Shown here piece after piece: positions 48,911-62,800 of a stretch of 64,000 nt of DNA. Origin of the DNA: Phoronis australis (Eukaryota; Animalia; Phoronida); contig NMRA01000067.1 in the NCBI GenBank assembly GCA_002633005.1, positions 92,752 to 156,751 of the forward strand. Reading direction: 5' to 3'. The position numbers and the translations under genes are program-made. Position 1 is the first letter of the stretch; every line of letters starts with the position of its first letter. The notes under the pieces are model-generated. The model worked only from the letters and a program-made list of their open reading frames with translations. It searched no databases and was not told the DNA's origin.

Positions 48911-50223
48911 ATATGGACAAGCACCTGTCTGTGTTCAATCCATGACTTAAACATTACACTAATATTCAGACCATGTCTGCTAAACATCAGTGCAGCTGCC
49001 CCATAAAACAGCAAACTAGCTGTAACACACTGGGTTCCTTGTCTCATACCATCAATAGCTGTAAGTAGCGACACATTAACAAATTAACAAGCACCCAATG
49101 CTTTAAGACTTTTTAAGTTTAGTTAGTGTGAACCTAATGTAGTTACCAAGTCTTGAGACTCACCTCAGACAATCCAAGGGAAGGACTGACAACCTACTCA
49201 TGCTAGTTAGAAAGTCTTGACAACTCAATGTAACCTGCATGCAGACACCTGACAATACCTGGCTGATTGAACAATGCGCCAATAACATCTGCCTTCGAGG
49301 ACGGCTGAGAGTAGGTACCTAGCTCGACCCAAAGCCACTTAATCACGGCACTTATCCAACATGTCTACATCATCATGCGTGTTAGGATGGCGTAAAGGAA
49401 ACACAAACCTATAGTAATCAAAGGTGACATACACAGATAGAATCAAGTGATGTGTTATGTAAATATCATAGAAAGGACAATTCATGGTTCCCCAGCTTAT
49501 GTAATGCCCTCCCCTCAAGTAGTTTCAGTAATAGGTGCAGTGATCTAGTATTGAACCTTGACAGTTTGCTTTTACTAGAAGAGATCTTTCAATCTAAGAT
49601 CAACCATGGCATAAATGTGACAGTCCACAAATAACTGGTGATCTGTACAGAGAGCATGGATCTACATTAAATACATTTGCAAGTGAAGCAATATGTATAT
49701 GTATATTGTATACACCATGATTATATTGCCATTAAATATCCATATGGCGGAAAAGTTCAAAAACAAAGTTTTACTGAACTTGAACTAGTCATTAAACTGT
49801 AAATTTAGAAATTTAAAAGCGCAAAACAAATTTAGAAATTAAACAAAATTTAGAAGTTGTATGAAAGTTTGTCGTTTCTCGTACATAACTACAGCTAAAT
49901 TACAGTACAGAAATCCATACATTTTCTGCAAGTGACACAGCCAAAAAGACACCGCAAACCCTCGGCATCACAAAGAGTTGCTACAACCCAGTTATTTTGT
50001 GTGACCTTCACAAAACATCTCCTCACCGAAAAATAAACATGCGTGACCAGAAATGCTTTATAAGACAAAGGTAAGTCAACACATGTCCTACTGTGGCGAC
50101 TGTTTCTAATCGTCTCCAGTGAACCTGGCTGCTGTCTCTTGGTGCAGCTGCAGGGCAAAATATTCCGCTAAATGTTTTACTAGTAAATTCAATAGACACA
50201 CCTCCACTATAGCAAGTAATAGA

Positions 50224-50365
50224 CATAGAAGACAATCCTTATTGGTGCAGTCAGAAACAAATGCTACCTAGTCATAGAGTACAATCCTTATTGTTGCAGT
50301 CAGAAACTAATGCCAACTAGTCATAGACGACAATCCTTATTGGCGGGGTCAAAAACTAATGCTAC
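50224..50365. repeat. 49-bp tandem repeat x about 3
   Basis: cataga..acaatccttattg.tgcagtcagaaac.aatgc units at 50224, 50273 and 50322. Confidence 0.88.
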
Positions 50366-52681
50366 GGGCAAAAATTCAGAAGTGCAATAATATTATTACC
50401 ATTATACGCACATGCTCCAGAAACTGATTCCTTTCAGTTTCAGCCTTTTTAAGTTCACTTTCACACTAAGACATCTCAACAGATTTCACTGTTATTCTGC
50501 TGTTCTTCTCACCAAGGAGACAGAGCAGTTGGCTGTTATCAGGCAGCAAGTGAGTCCAGGAGACATTTCCATCAGCATATCCATCAGACACTAAATGGCA
50601 ATACTATGAACTCTAACCTCCAAACAGTGATCTATGGCAGGTTGGACATATCTCAAAGACATTTCCCAGGCTTGTTTATCAAAGTCTTAACTTTACAAAG
50701 AGGAGATCTCATATTCCATATGCAAAATGTCCTGAGAGGAGTGGAGTTGGTGAGTGGTGTGCCAAAGTTAATGTCTATGTACTTAGTCAAAATAGAAAAG
50801 ACTAATACAAAACTAGCACATTTGGGAGCCAAATGAATCCACAATCTGACATGACTGATACAAAGCTAAACAACAGATTGTTATGTAAGCCTTTTTAACC
50901 ACCCTTGACATGTAATGTTCAAAAAGAAAGCCAATGCCACACATCTGGCCAAGAGCTGTTTGAACCTCTAGGAAAGCAGGATGCAAACATTCATAAGGAT
51001 ATCATTGTATTCTAAACACTGGTCTTTCACATGATCAGGTCAATGGAATTCAATGCACAAGACCAGAGTGTGATCAGGATGAATGAACACAACTGCAATA
51101 AAGTTAGATACAAAAAATAGGAGCGTGCTTTCAGACGAGACTTAAAACTGTGATTTCACAAGGAAAACATGGTGTTGCCATGGATACAAAGGAACAACTA
51201 CTATCATGCTGAGACCACACCAAACACTTCAAATGTTCACACTGAAGAGAAATTGTGCATTACATATGAAAAGGTTCATGAACGACATGATTCAGAATCC
51301 GTAGATTTACACATCAAGAATAATGTCACAATGAATATTTCTGTGCTCCAATACACAGGTGAAAATGTTAAACACGCTCCTTGAAGCAAAAAGCATGAAT
51401 CTGTCCACCTGACAGACAGACAGAGTTATGAATACTACATCTTACCAGGGGTGTAGCAGCTAGGCTTTACGTTCCAAAAAGTAAACTGACACAATTTTCT
51501 CCAAGGAATTTTTTCGTCTACCTGGCAGTCGTTAATTGGCTCTTGTTCAGGTGTAGACATCCCCAATTACAGGAGATGTAAACAGGGCACCAACGGTACC
51601 CGTGCAGCGTCTCATGTTACAGACAAGTCTTAAGTACGCCAATTGAGCTATCAATGACAACAAGTAGAAGCACTTGATCAGAGAAAAAACAGCATGCTTT
51701 TTTAATTTCCTGTATCCAACCTTAGCCATAATCTAATTACAGCAGGCAAACCGATGCAACCACAGAAGACAGGCTTCATACAGACTTTTGATAACAAACT
51801 TCTATGACTGTTCTACAACTTTTCCATGATTTTCCACTGAAAATCTCATTTTGACTTTCCTTCCACAATAACTTGAGAAAAATAGTTTTGTTGGTTCATT
51901 GCTTCTGAATAAAAGTAGCCAACATGGTCGTTTTTATCAGACTGTGTTCAACCACTTTCAGTAGCATTAACAATTAGGTCAAACAAGTAAAACGCTCTGT
52001 AACAAAAATAAAGACTTTCATGACTTTTTACCAGGAACTTCAAAATTCCAACACTATTCCAATTTTGTACTAATCACAGAAGACTTGTGGGTAAAAGTGA
52101 AGTAAACGGGTTCCTCTTGAAAATGGCTGCCGAGAACCAGTTTTCACTGAATAACGCCAATGTCTCACCAATTCAGAACACAAGTAGATGTTATGGAAAA
52201 CAAAACACGTTTTTGGTTCCTATTTTTCTCCGAAATTGGTGAGATTTTACCATAATAGAAAAGCACCAACTGAGAGAAAGATCCATGCACAGTCATGGAT
52301 TAGACATAAAATCAATCAAGTACAACTTAAAGCTGCGTGACAACCTCTTCAAATGCAACTTGCGTCTGTCCAACATGTCCCAGCGCAGCAAAGTGCCCGC
52401 AAGTGCTATTGTGGAGCAAAGGAGTAGGTAATTATCACTGATCAGCTTAGGCAGCTTAACCTCTCCTGGTGCATGCAAACAGTAATTGTCTCCTTATCAT
52501 TTCCATCTTGACACTGGTGTCTGGTGACAGATTTCTCATATGACACTCAGCTGACCATGCCCCTGAGGTCCCTCGCACTTGGGCAACCAGCAATATGAAC
52601 ACGGCTTTAGTCACAAGAATACACTTTCTTCCTCTTGTAACTCCCTACTCGACACCATTGGCAAGTCCTGAAGATGCTCAA

Positions 52682-52906
52682 GTTGTGCTTGGACAACTAG
52701 TGCTTGGGCAACTAGGGCTTGGGCAACTAGTGCTTGGGCAACCAGGGCTTGGGCAACCAGTGCTTGGGCAACTAGTGCTTGGGCAACTAGTGCTTGGGCA
52801 ACTAGAGCATGGGCAACTAGTACTAGGGCAACTAGAGCTTGGGCAACTAGAGCTTGGGCAACTAGTGCTTGGGCAACTAGTGCTTGGGCAACTAGTGCTT
52901 GGGCAG
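52682..52906. repeat. 15-bp minisatellite x15 (copy 1)
   Basis: Unit ctagtgcttgggcaa; gives spurious LVLGQ / STSCP repeat ORFs. Confidence 0.95.
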
Positions 52907-54534
52907 TTAGTGAACACTCAGAAAAAATCTAATCTGTCACCTACCTACCTGAGACTGTAAGAAGCTGTGCTGGCACTAGGATCAATGCTAAATGATGTTT
53001 TTCAATCCTAGAACAATAAGCTAACACAGCAATGTAACAAGAGGCTATGAGCATCGGGATGATCCAATATCCATTTCTTCAGGTACACAAAATTAAGCAG
53101 CCCAGGAGTGGCAACAGTGAAATATACTAATAGACCATGCACAGAGAACATCACAGGCGCCAACTAGGGTCCCACACACTGGATAGTCAATAGTGTTATT
53201 CCATCAATAAACTGGCCAGAACACATCAAAGACTTTCTTGCCTATATAACCAATAAACAATGGTGTTATCCTGTTTAGTCAATAACAATTTGTTGGGACA
53301 AAGCCCAACTAATCAATGGGTGAGTTGAGGGTCAATTGGACACAAAGACATGACAGAACTCTCAAGGAATTCCACTGCACTGTCTGGTGCCAGGTTCCAG
53401 TGACCACAACAGAACTGTGTCATAACTTTGTCACCACTTGATTGTCATACGAATTTTAATTTTCTTTTGGCCTATCCCCTCTCGAAATATAGAACTCCAA
53501 GCTGAAGAAGAATTTCAGGTCACGCATCCACAGCACATCAGTAATACTTAGTTGGAACTGGAAGGGCGAATTGAGTAACGCAACCAAGAAAAACTTGTAA
53601 AGAATCAGACAACAACACTTAACAAGCAAAACTCCAGCAGCGCGAAAACGAGGCAGAAAATGTGCCTGACCGATATTTATGGCATTGTGAGTTAATACAG
53701 CGAGATTCGAGTCACTGTTTAATCCGGAACGGCCCTATTCCCTACCCTTGAAGGACTTCAGATCCAATAGGTCTCGTGGCTTCTCATCTGCCAAAACAGT
53801 AAATTTCAATTAGGGCCATAACTTCATTAGCCTAATCACCCAGGTAATCATCAACATTTAATGAGCCATTTTACTAGACCCTCAGAGACACCACAATGAA
53901 ATTCAAGGTATCATGGGTTTCACCACACTGCAAATGATGAAAGGTCACTCTTGCTATCGGATACATGCCTGGCCATTTCTAGGGTTTCAAACTAAATTCT
54001 AGAGACTTTCAGACAGCTTTTGACTACCATGGAAATAACCATGAATTCACTTGCCAGAGCTCAAAACTTTCAACCATACGGGTCTCGCTTCATCATGATA
54101 TTATAAAGCGTTAAATACTCAGAATCGTATAGCAACAACTCCACCTTGTGCTCAAGAATAGAATCAGCTTAGTTAGCTATTGGGTTAATTCCAAAGTAAT
54201 AAACTATCTAATCTGTTATTTCTTTTGAAGTACCCCACAAATAACTTCTAACCTTGGTATACTGCAGTAAGTGGTCTAACTTAATAGTTGATGTCTTTCA
54301 TATGACATGCTGCCCAATAGAGCTATTAAGCAACAAATTAAAGCCAACTAGGAACTCATTTGGCTGAACCAAAATAATTGCTATCATTGAGANTTGGGCA
54401 ACCAGCAATATGAACACGGCTTCTGGGCTTTAGTCACAAGAATACACTTTCTTCCTCTTGTAACTCCCCACTCGACACCATTGGCAAGTCCTGAAGATGC
54501 TCAGCCAATTGGGGGCAAGTTGTTCCTCAACACA

Positions 54535-54744
54535 CTTGTGCTTGGACAACTAGTGCTTGGACAACTAGTGCTTGGACAACTAGTGCTTGGGCAACTAGTG
54601 CTTGGGCAACTAGTGCTTGGGCAACTAGTACTTGGGCAACTAGTGCTTGGGCAACTAGTGCTTGGGCAACTAGTGCTAGGGCAACTAGTGCTTGGGCAAC
54701 TAGTGCTTGGGCAACTAGTGCTTAGACAACTAGTGCTTGGGCAA
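54535..54744. repeat. 15-bp minisatellite x14 (copy 2)
   Basis: Same unit as copy 1, more homogeneous, with different flanks. Confidence 0.95.
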
Positions 54745-57530
54745 CTGCTCGTCAGAAGATGACGCAAGAGCAGTTAGTGAACACTCAGAAAATATCTAAC
54801 CTGTCACCTACATACCTGAGACTGTAAGAAGCTGTACTGGCACTAGGATCAATGCTAAATGATGTTTTTCAATCCTAGAACAATAAGCTAACACAGCAAT
54901 GTAACAACAAGAGGCTATGAGCATCGGGATGATCCAATATCCATTTCTTCAGGTACACAAAACTAAGCAACCCAGGAGTGGCAACAGTGAAATATACTAA
55001 TAGACCATGCACAGAGAACATCACAGGCACCAACTAGGGTCCCACACACTGGATAGTCAATAGTGTTATTCCATCAATAAACTGGCCAGAACACATCAAA
55101 GACTTTCTTGCCTATATAACTAATAAACAATGGTGTTATCCTGTTTAGTCAATAACAATTTGTTGGGACAAAGCCCAACTAATCAATGGGTCAGTTGAGG
55201 GTCAATTGGACACAAAGACATGACAGAACTGTCAAGGAATTCCACTGCACTGTCTGGTGCCAGGTTCCAGTGACCACAACAGGACTGTGTCATAACTTTG
55301 TCACCACTTGATTGTCATACGAATTTTAATTTTGTTTTGGCCTATCCCCTCTCGAAATGTAGAACTCCAAGCTGAAGAAGAATTTCAGGTCACGCATCCA
55401 CAGCACATCAGTAATACTTAGTTGGAACTGGAAGGGCGAATTGAGTAACGCAACCGAGAAAAACTTGTAAAGAATCAGACAACAACACTTAACAAGCAAA
55501 ACTCCAGCAGCGCGAAAACGAGGCAGAAAATGTGCCTGACCGATATTTATGGCATTGTGAGTTAATACAGCGAGATTCGAGTCACTGTTTAATCCGGAAC
55601 GGCCCTATTCCCTACCCTTGAAGGACTTCAGATCCAATAGGTCTCGTGGCTTCTCATCTGCCAAAACAGTAAATTTCAATTAGGGCCATAACTTCATTAG
55701 CCTAATCACCCAGGTAATCATCAACATTTAATGAGCCATTTTACTAGACCCTCAGAGACACCACAATGAAATTCAAGGTATCATGGGTTTCACCACACTG
55801 CAAATGATGAAAGGTCACTCTTGCTATCGGATACATGCCTGGCCATTTCTAGGGTTTCAAACTAAATTCTAGAGACTTTCAGACAGCTTTTGACTACCAT
55901 GGAAATAACCATGAATTCACTTGCCAGAGCTCAAAACTTTCAACCATACGGGTCTCGCTTCATCATGATATTATAAAGCGTTAAATACTCAGAATCGTAT
56001 AGCAACAACTCCACCTTGTGCTCAAGAATAGAATCAGCTTAGTTAGCTATTGGGTTAATTCCAAAGTAATAAACTATCTAATCTGTTATTTCTTTTGAAG
56101 TACCCCACAAATAACTTCTAACCTTGGTATACTGCAGTAAGTGGTCTAACTTAATAGTTGATGTCTTTCATATGACATGCTGCCCAATAGAGCTATTAAG
56201 CAACAAATTAAAGCCAACTAGGAACTCATTTGGCTGAACCAAAATAATTGCTATCATTGAGAAGTTGCGAGGTCTTCTCTAAAGTTGTGCTATTTTAAAA
56301 ATAAATGAAACTGTCCATAAGAAGCAAACTCCTATACAGGGTGTCTATTCTTTAAATACATCCAACAGGGGAATGTAACCAATTCTGACATTTTGTTGTT
56401 TCACAAAGTGAAGAGTTCCAGAATGCTAGATCATGTCCTAAACGTGGGTGCTGTTACAAATAAGGAGCCTGGCCAATAGCCCTGGTCTACATGACTTTTC
56501 CACAAGGCAAACCAAGCCCAGCTGTTAAAATAATCTGGCATACATATTTCCCCAGCCTGCACTGTGCCAAATGTATTTCTAAGAGCCAAAGAAAATCACC
56601 GGAGCCTACAATGGGCTGATGGGAGACCACATTCTCAGAGTCACAATCACTTCTGAGGTCTGCTACAAGGTAGATGGTGGCATGCCAGTTATGATGAAGT
56701 AGATGAATCAGCAGATGTGGACAAGGTTATGAACACACCCCTGGCTTGTGATGATGGCAACTGAAATATATCCACTTCTCACTGGCAGAGCAGCTGAGCA
56801 TTGGCAGAGCATAATCGTGTCAGTTGTCAAGCACAGAAATTGATGGAAGATTCTCCTTTCAGCAAAAGGTGGTCAGACATAACTAATGGCAATTTTTTGT
56901 GCATGGGTTTAACTCCCAATCTGTGAAGTGCAAATGTTTATCATAATTAGACATTGTTACAGTTAGATTCATTTCAAAACAACGGAAAAATTACCAGACC
57001 AACCTTAATGTTTCTTACTCATAGCGACAAAAATTTAAGCATTCAACTTGCTAATGTACCTTAATTAGCCATGCTAAATAGATTTATCAATTAGCATAAC
57101 TAAGATGAGTAGTAAGTTCATTAAAAAGACAGAACCCGTGAGAATATTCCATCATGACCTCAACTATTCTGTGACCTCAAATTAGCCAAGAGCAGAAAGA
57201 GCGCCGGGTAAAGTGCGGCCACCAACACTACAGTAACTGATATTCAACATGCAATAAAATTTAAGAAATCCCTATTCCCTAATCTCAAACTGTTACAATA
57301 ATAACAGTATATTAAGTAACAAAAGCAGGATAATAAAGAACTTTTGCCTTATTACACATTTCCTAGCACATCTATCAATATAACCAACCTCACAAGCTCA
57401 ATAGCAACAGGCATGTCAATAGATTATGGGGCCAAAGGACTGAAATACAACATGCAGGGAATGAGAGGGTTTAAGCAGGTATATCTACAAACATTTCTCT
57501 TTCTGAATGAAAGATCCATCTGCCAAAATG

Positions 57531-57642
57531 CAGCACTGGTCGGATATAACATGCCCATATTTTGAGTACCAGTTTGATGCCCGTTATTCAGTGGAGAAAG
57601 CTGGTTCTCAAAATGCGGGCAAGTTATATCCGACCATTACTG
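57531..57642. mobile_element. Hairpin MITE of about 110 bp (family copies at 19092-19148, 28592-28686, 45061-45131, 47860-47916, 52132-52158)
   Basis: tggtcggatataac...attttgag(a/t)accagttt-loop-aa(a/g)ctggttctcaaaat...gttatatccgacca. Confidence 0.8.
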
Positions 57643-59662
57643 ATTTTTCAGCAAAATGATGAATCATGCTAACACTGGGACTCTAAAACACTTCCCCTGT
57701 ATGATACCAGGGTTCTTCCTCTACAAAGAAATTCAAACAAAGTGAAATTAATGCGCCATGTCTTCACTAATCTTCCATTCCATGAATTCACAAAAACCTC
57801 AGTTACTCATTGTTTTCACTTACCGAGCACGTCACTATAATTTTTAACGCAAAAGAATAAAAACAAGTACCGCGATGCGACACAAATTCAACCAGGTATG
57901 TCGTAACGCAGAATATCTTTTTTCAAACATGGCTCAAGGTTTCCAAGCATCATTCTGAACATATCTAACACGCAACACAACATGTGACTACACCAATATG
58001 CGACTACATCAATATGTGACTGCATAGGTAGAACACTTAAATGGTTACCTCCTCAAAGACAATAAGTATGAACATAAGCAGCAGTCAACCTGCAAACATG
58101 GGAGATGTCATTACAAACATTTCTAGATCTCGAACACAAAAAGAAGCAGCTTTATGTTGCCAAGAGAACGTTATCCTCCTCTGAGATACTTCAGACTCCC
58201 AATATTACCTGACAAAGGTGTGTTGATCAGACTCATCTATCCAGGTATGAGGCAGGTGCTCCTCAACTACAGGCTATGTGGAACCAGCATAACTGATACA
58301 TTGATAATAACAAGGAACAGCAGAGCTCTATTCACATGAAGGATCTGTTTACACATACAACCATCCTGGAGCACAGCTATTCTCCTGTGTTTCCGCTTCA
58401 AAGCACCCTATCACCATCAAGAATGACCAGTTTAGACTGATGATAACTACCGCACAATCACTCCTCCTTTGGACTAAGCTTGAGTCAACAGAATTGGTTG
58501 AAAGAAAACACAGATTCTCCCTGCGTTCTCAGTTCTCATGAACACTCGACGACCAATGAAACAAGAAACATTGTTAGGACAGAGTAGCTCTTCCGACTTG
58601 CAAGTCAAGAACAGAAACTACAGCTTCTCATCACCAATAAAAAAACTGATTTTTATTTTTCAAAATTTTAAGAGAAAGACGATGTGATACTAACCACGCA
58701 AAGTTACCACCATACTGACCCAAGGATGTGAGTTCAATATTCAAGAATTAACAAAAAAGACTGAAGAGGGCTGACCAACAAATTCAAAATAGTTATCACA
58801 CAGGGAATTGTAGGGTATTTGAAACATTGCCTCTGACAGATGTCTAAGCACCTCTCACAATGACTAAATTAACTTTCTGGAATTCTCAACTCCCAACTAG
58901 TTTGCCAAGAAATGATCAATAGCAAAAGACAAATGAATTCATTAAACTGCATTGAAAAGATTACTGCCACAACAATTTAAGCTTTAAATCTAATAAGCGC
59001 CCAACTGTCACATGAGTTGAACACTCATGAAGCATATTATTAAGTTGAAATTAAACAACACCACCTTAGCTATCCTTACAGTAGAAAATTTTTGCACGCA
59101 ATTAGTAACCAGACAAAATCAGGTACTTTCATTGTAAACAAGGCAATTAACAAGACACCACTTGTTTTAACATGAGCTATCCATTTGTCTCCTGCAAACA
59201 TTCTTAATACAGAAAGCAGTATTAGAAGATTATGTTTGTAAAATGATGCTACCAACTGGTCAGGAATACGTAATGGGGTAGAGTGCCTCAGTGGCTTGCT
59301 ACATGAATGACGTGAGATTTACCATAGTGTACCAAGTCCTGTTCACATGCAGCAGGTACACGAGATTAAGCAGGGAGGGGGGCTCATCTAGACTCCAGAA
59401 ACACTAGTTACCCACGGCTGAAAGCAAAGTGGATCACGTGCTTCACTTGAATACATGGCGTTATTGTACAGGCTTGCATGATCTTGTCACACTCGCTAGA
59501 ATACGCGACTTGAAAATCACTAGATGGCACAAGTGTTACCAATAATTCTACCTGTAGAAGTGCGTGCGTCCATGTAGTCATACTTACCTCTAATCTCACA
59601 AACGCCCCTTACGAACTACTTTCTACTCTCAATCTATTCAGATGTTAAGAAGAGGGATCTTA

Positions 59663-59806
59663 GTAGAGTTCAGTATTGCTAGGACCTCACTAAAATCAAG
59701 ACTTCGCTAGATAATGCAAGATACTGCCGTGTATTTTAAATGAGAACACACTATATTCACTAGATTATAGTGAGGTCCTAGCGTAGCTAGCATTACTGAA
59801 CTCTAC
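59663..59806. mobile_element. Palindromic MITE-like element, about 145 bp
   Basis: gtagagttcagtattgctaggacctcacta.aatc / gattatagtgaggtcctagc...gcattactgaactctac inverted arms. Confidence 0.7.
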
Positions 59807-62800
59807 CCTTGTTTAACAAGCATATCAAGTCACCCACTGAACACCCACAGAAGATATACCCCAACGGACATCTGTAAGTGTTACCGTAGTAAAGTCTATG
59901 ATACCATCCAATACATGTCTCCAGTTCTCTGGTCTTACCACTACCACATGTCACCATTTCAGTCAGAAACAGGTAGAGCAGTGCATGTATGTTACTCTGC
60001 TCTTTGTTGTTCTGGGGACAAGCTTATCACTACTCAATCTGCCTGATGTAGAGAGGCCATTGAAAGTGTGAAACTGGTTTTGAAAATAGGCACATACCAC
60101 AGTCTACCATGCTATTAACTTTATGTAATACCATTCCTGGTCAGTTGAATACCATGTAACAGATGAGAGGTGACAGATAGTTCAATCGGAAGCGTTGAAG
60201 AGAAAATAAATTTTAAAATCTTACCCTAAAGTGTAACTGTTGCAGGATGCATCAATCAGACGTACAAAGAACAATGAAGGTGTTTACAGTGCGCACAACG
60301 GACAACTAATTGTTGCTAGATGTTTAGCCAACATTAACACTACAAGTGCAGGTATGCCACCTATGTTCAGCTCAGGTGTGTCTTTGTCCTGCTACAGTAG
60401 GCAGTAAGACTGGTGGAAACAGGCAACAATACCTATTCATTAGCCATGTTTACAAGTGTAAGTAAACCACACAATAGAATTTCACAGTGTTGGCCAGGGT
60501 AAATATTGATTTAATCCCTTTAACTACAGCAATACATGGGTAATACTCACAAATGCTATAAACAGTGGGGTCTGTCTTTCCCACCACTTGGCTGGAGTGA
60601 TGGCTGGGACTCCTGTTCTCACTGATGTGTTTGTAAATAAGCTCTTCTACAACTACCTGTAGTACAAAGGGGAATCCCATTGCAACAAGAAGGCTAGGTA
60701 AACACAGGTAACCAGTTCTCAAAGGTAGCATTGTGAAAAGAGACTTTAACCAAACAGAGAATATAACAGGATGCCCAGAGCAAGTGCATATTAGACTGCA
60801 CTGGAACCCCCACAACACCAAGGGTGCCGGTCAACTGAATCACTCTTGTCTTTGTTTTGTACCCAAACAGGCTGGTCGGATACCACAATGAGGACAAAGT
60901 TTACACCTCTACTGATCTTGACTGACACTGCAAACCATTGTTGTTTCGTCTTGAATCGAAACCTGCGTTGTGCTAAATGTTTATGAAATTAAACACACAA
61001 CCAAAAAACCCAAAGTTTTCAATAAAAATGATTAGATTAAGACCGTGCCAAATAAAAGTTGTGGGGTAAAACTTCAGTCCACACAAGTTCATCACTAGAG
61101 TACGCTAACAGATAATTGTTTTCTGGTTACAGGCGTCTCTCATACAAGAAGAATAGTGGCAAATGGGACTTCTGCTAAAACTGGGTAGAAATTAATTACT
61201 AAAACTGACACATTTTGAATTTTTAAAACTTACCACCCAGTTGTAAATGCTCAAATTTTATCTTAAGTATTTTACCATACGGCCATGTTAACAGCAGTAA
61301 ATTTTCTTACACGTTTGTTGAAAATTTTGACCAAATAAAAAACCCGCTTTTTTACGATACTCCGACCTAAACTGAAAAATGTTTATTGAAAGACTGTATA
61401 ACTTTTTTGAAATTTCGTGAGTAAAGTGCAGTTAGTTATCTTCACAGTTAGTTTCAATGGTTCATTCATCACTAAAATGCCATGTTTATATCTAACCCAG
61501 CTATAACTACAAACAAACTGCTAGAAAAAGTCAAGGTCTTGAAGACAGCATGTTTCTGAACCCTTAACACCTGCAAGTTTATAGTAGTAACTATAAACAT
61601 CAGCTTATATATCCTACCAACAACGCAAATACCGAAAAAAAAAATTTTTGTAACCAACCCATCACAGTAAGGATAACATTTTCACTCTTTTGAAGTTTTT
61701 TACTGCTTGTTCACCTGTATTAATAGATGAAATTTTGATCAAATGTCAGGTACACAGAAATGCACTATAACCATTTTGACTAATTCTACCCTCCATTTGG
61801 TTTAATTACTGGCGTATAAAGATCAAAGTAAAAATGTTGAATTACGATGATTAACAAAAAGCTAAAAAACACGTTTCTTCAAAAAATGGACTAGTTCTTT
61901 GAAACAAAATAGCGGTAAGTGACTAATCCGTTGTCAATGTGTACACAAATATTTGACTGTTTTCCAAGACTGCTTCGTATTATCAGTTTATGGCCACAGC
62001 CACAGTGCATAGCCGCCTGTTTTTGTAAGCAAATCATTGCCAAGTGGTCAACAGATCATGTAAATAGCGAAGAAAAATGTACCAGTACAGACCTACGGAG
62101 TCATCAAGGTGCAGTAAGAGTTGATACCAACACCGACCACCAGGGACACTAATGCAAGTTGAATGTAAGAAAAACAGCAAGGAACAATTTTCTTAACATT
62201 TTATGCACCAAACTAACAGAGCACTTTCCCCATTCAGAAACTGGGACACTTAATTGTAAAGTAAAACAAGGTCTGCTTTTCCACAAGAAAATGTAAGACA
62301 GTGAATTTACTCCTCCTTCAAAGGCAAAAACACTCCAATTAAGCATCTATTTAATTCAATCAATCACTCAGCTGTCTAGTCAATCATTAGGTAATTTAAG
62401 AAAAGATGAAACAAATCCTGAAAGGAACATTTTTGACATTCTTGTCTTACATTCTTTAGTCACCACAGACAATCATCAACTCAGCATAGTAATTTCCAAA
62501 GGACTCATCACACTCTGTAGTAACCACCATTGTATGTGCAGGGTCATTTATCACAAATACTTTGTATATACTTATTTACATAGCAATTAGTTTTAATTAA
62601 GATCATCAATCATTACTGCTGGCCAGAGCAGCAGGGTTCCTGGTTATATAATCAAGATGACCAGTTGGTGGAGTGACCAGTTCAGTAGAGTGACCAGTTG
62701 GCTGAGTAAGGGGACAACTTATGTAAACAAACAAGACAACATAATCCTGTGTATGTTGTCGCCATGGCTTTTGGCTGTGAGAACTAAACCTTCCTGCATC

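Larger units (their letters stand above)
52579..56262. repeat. Tandem duplication of about 1.8 kb (52579-54392 / 54394-56262) joined at N 54393; probable haplotype overlap
   Basis: Copies are near-identical; the junction is exactly the single N. Confidence 0.9.

Noticed and set aside
52595-54767. Repeat-protein ORFs (LVLGQ)n and Cys-rich (STSCP)n
   Set aside because: These are by-products of a 15-bp minisatellite open on both strands. Starts and flanks differ between the two copies and there is no splice support.
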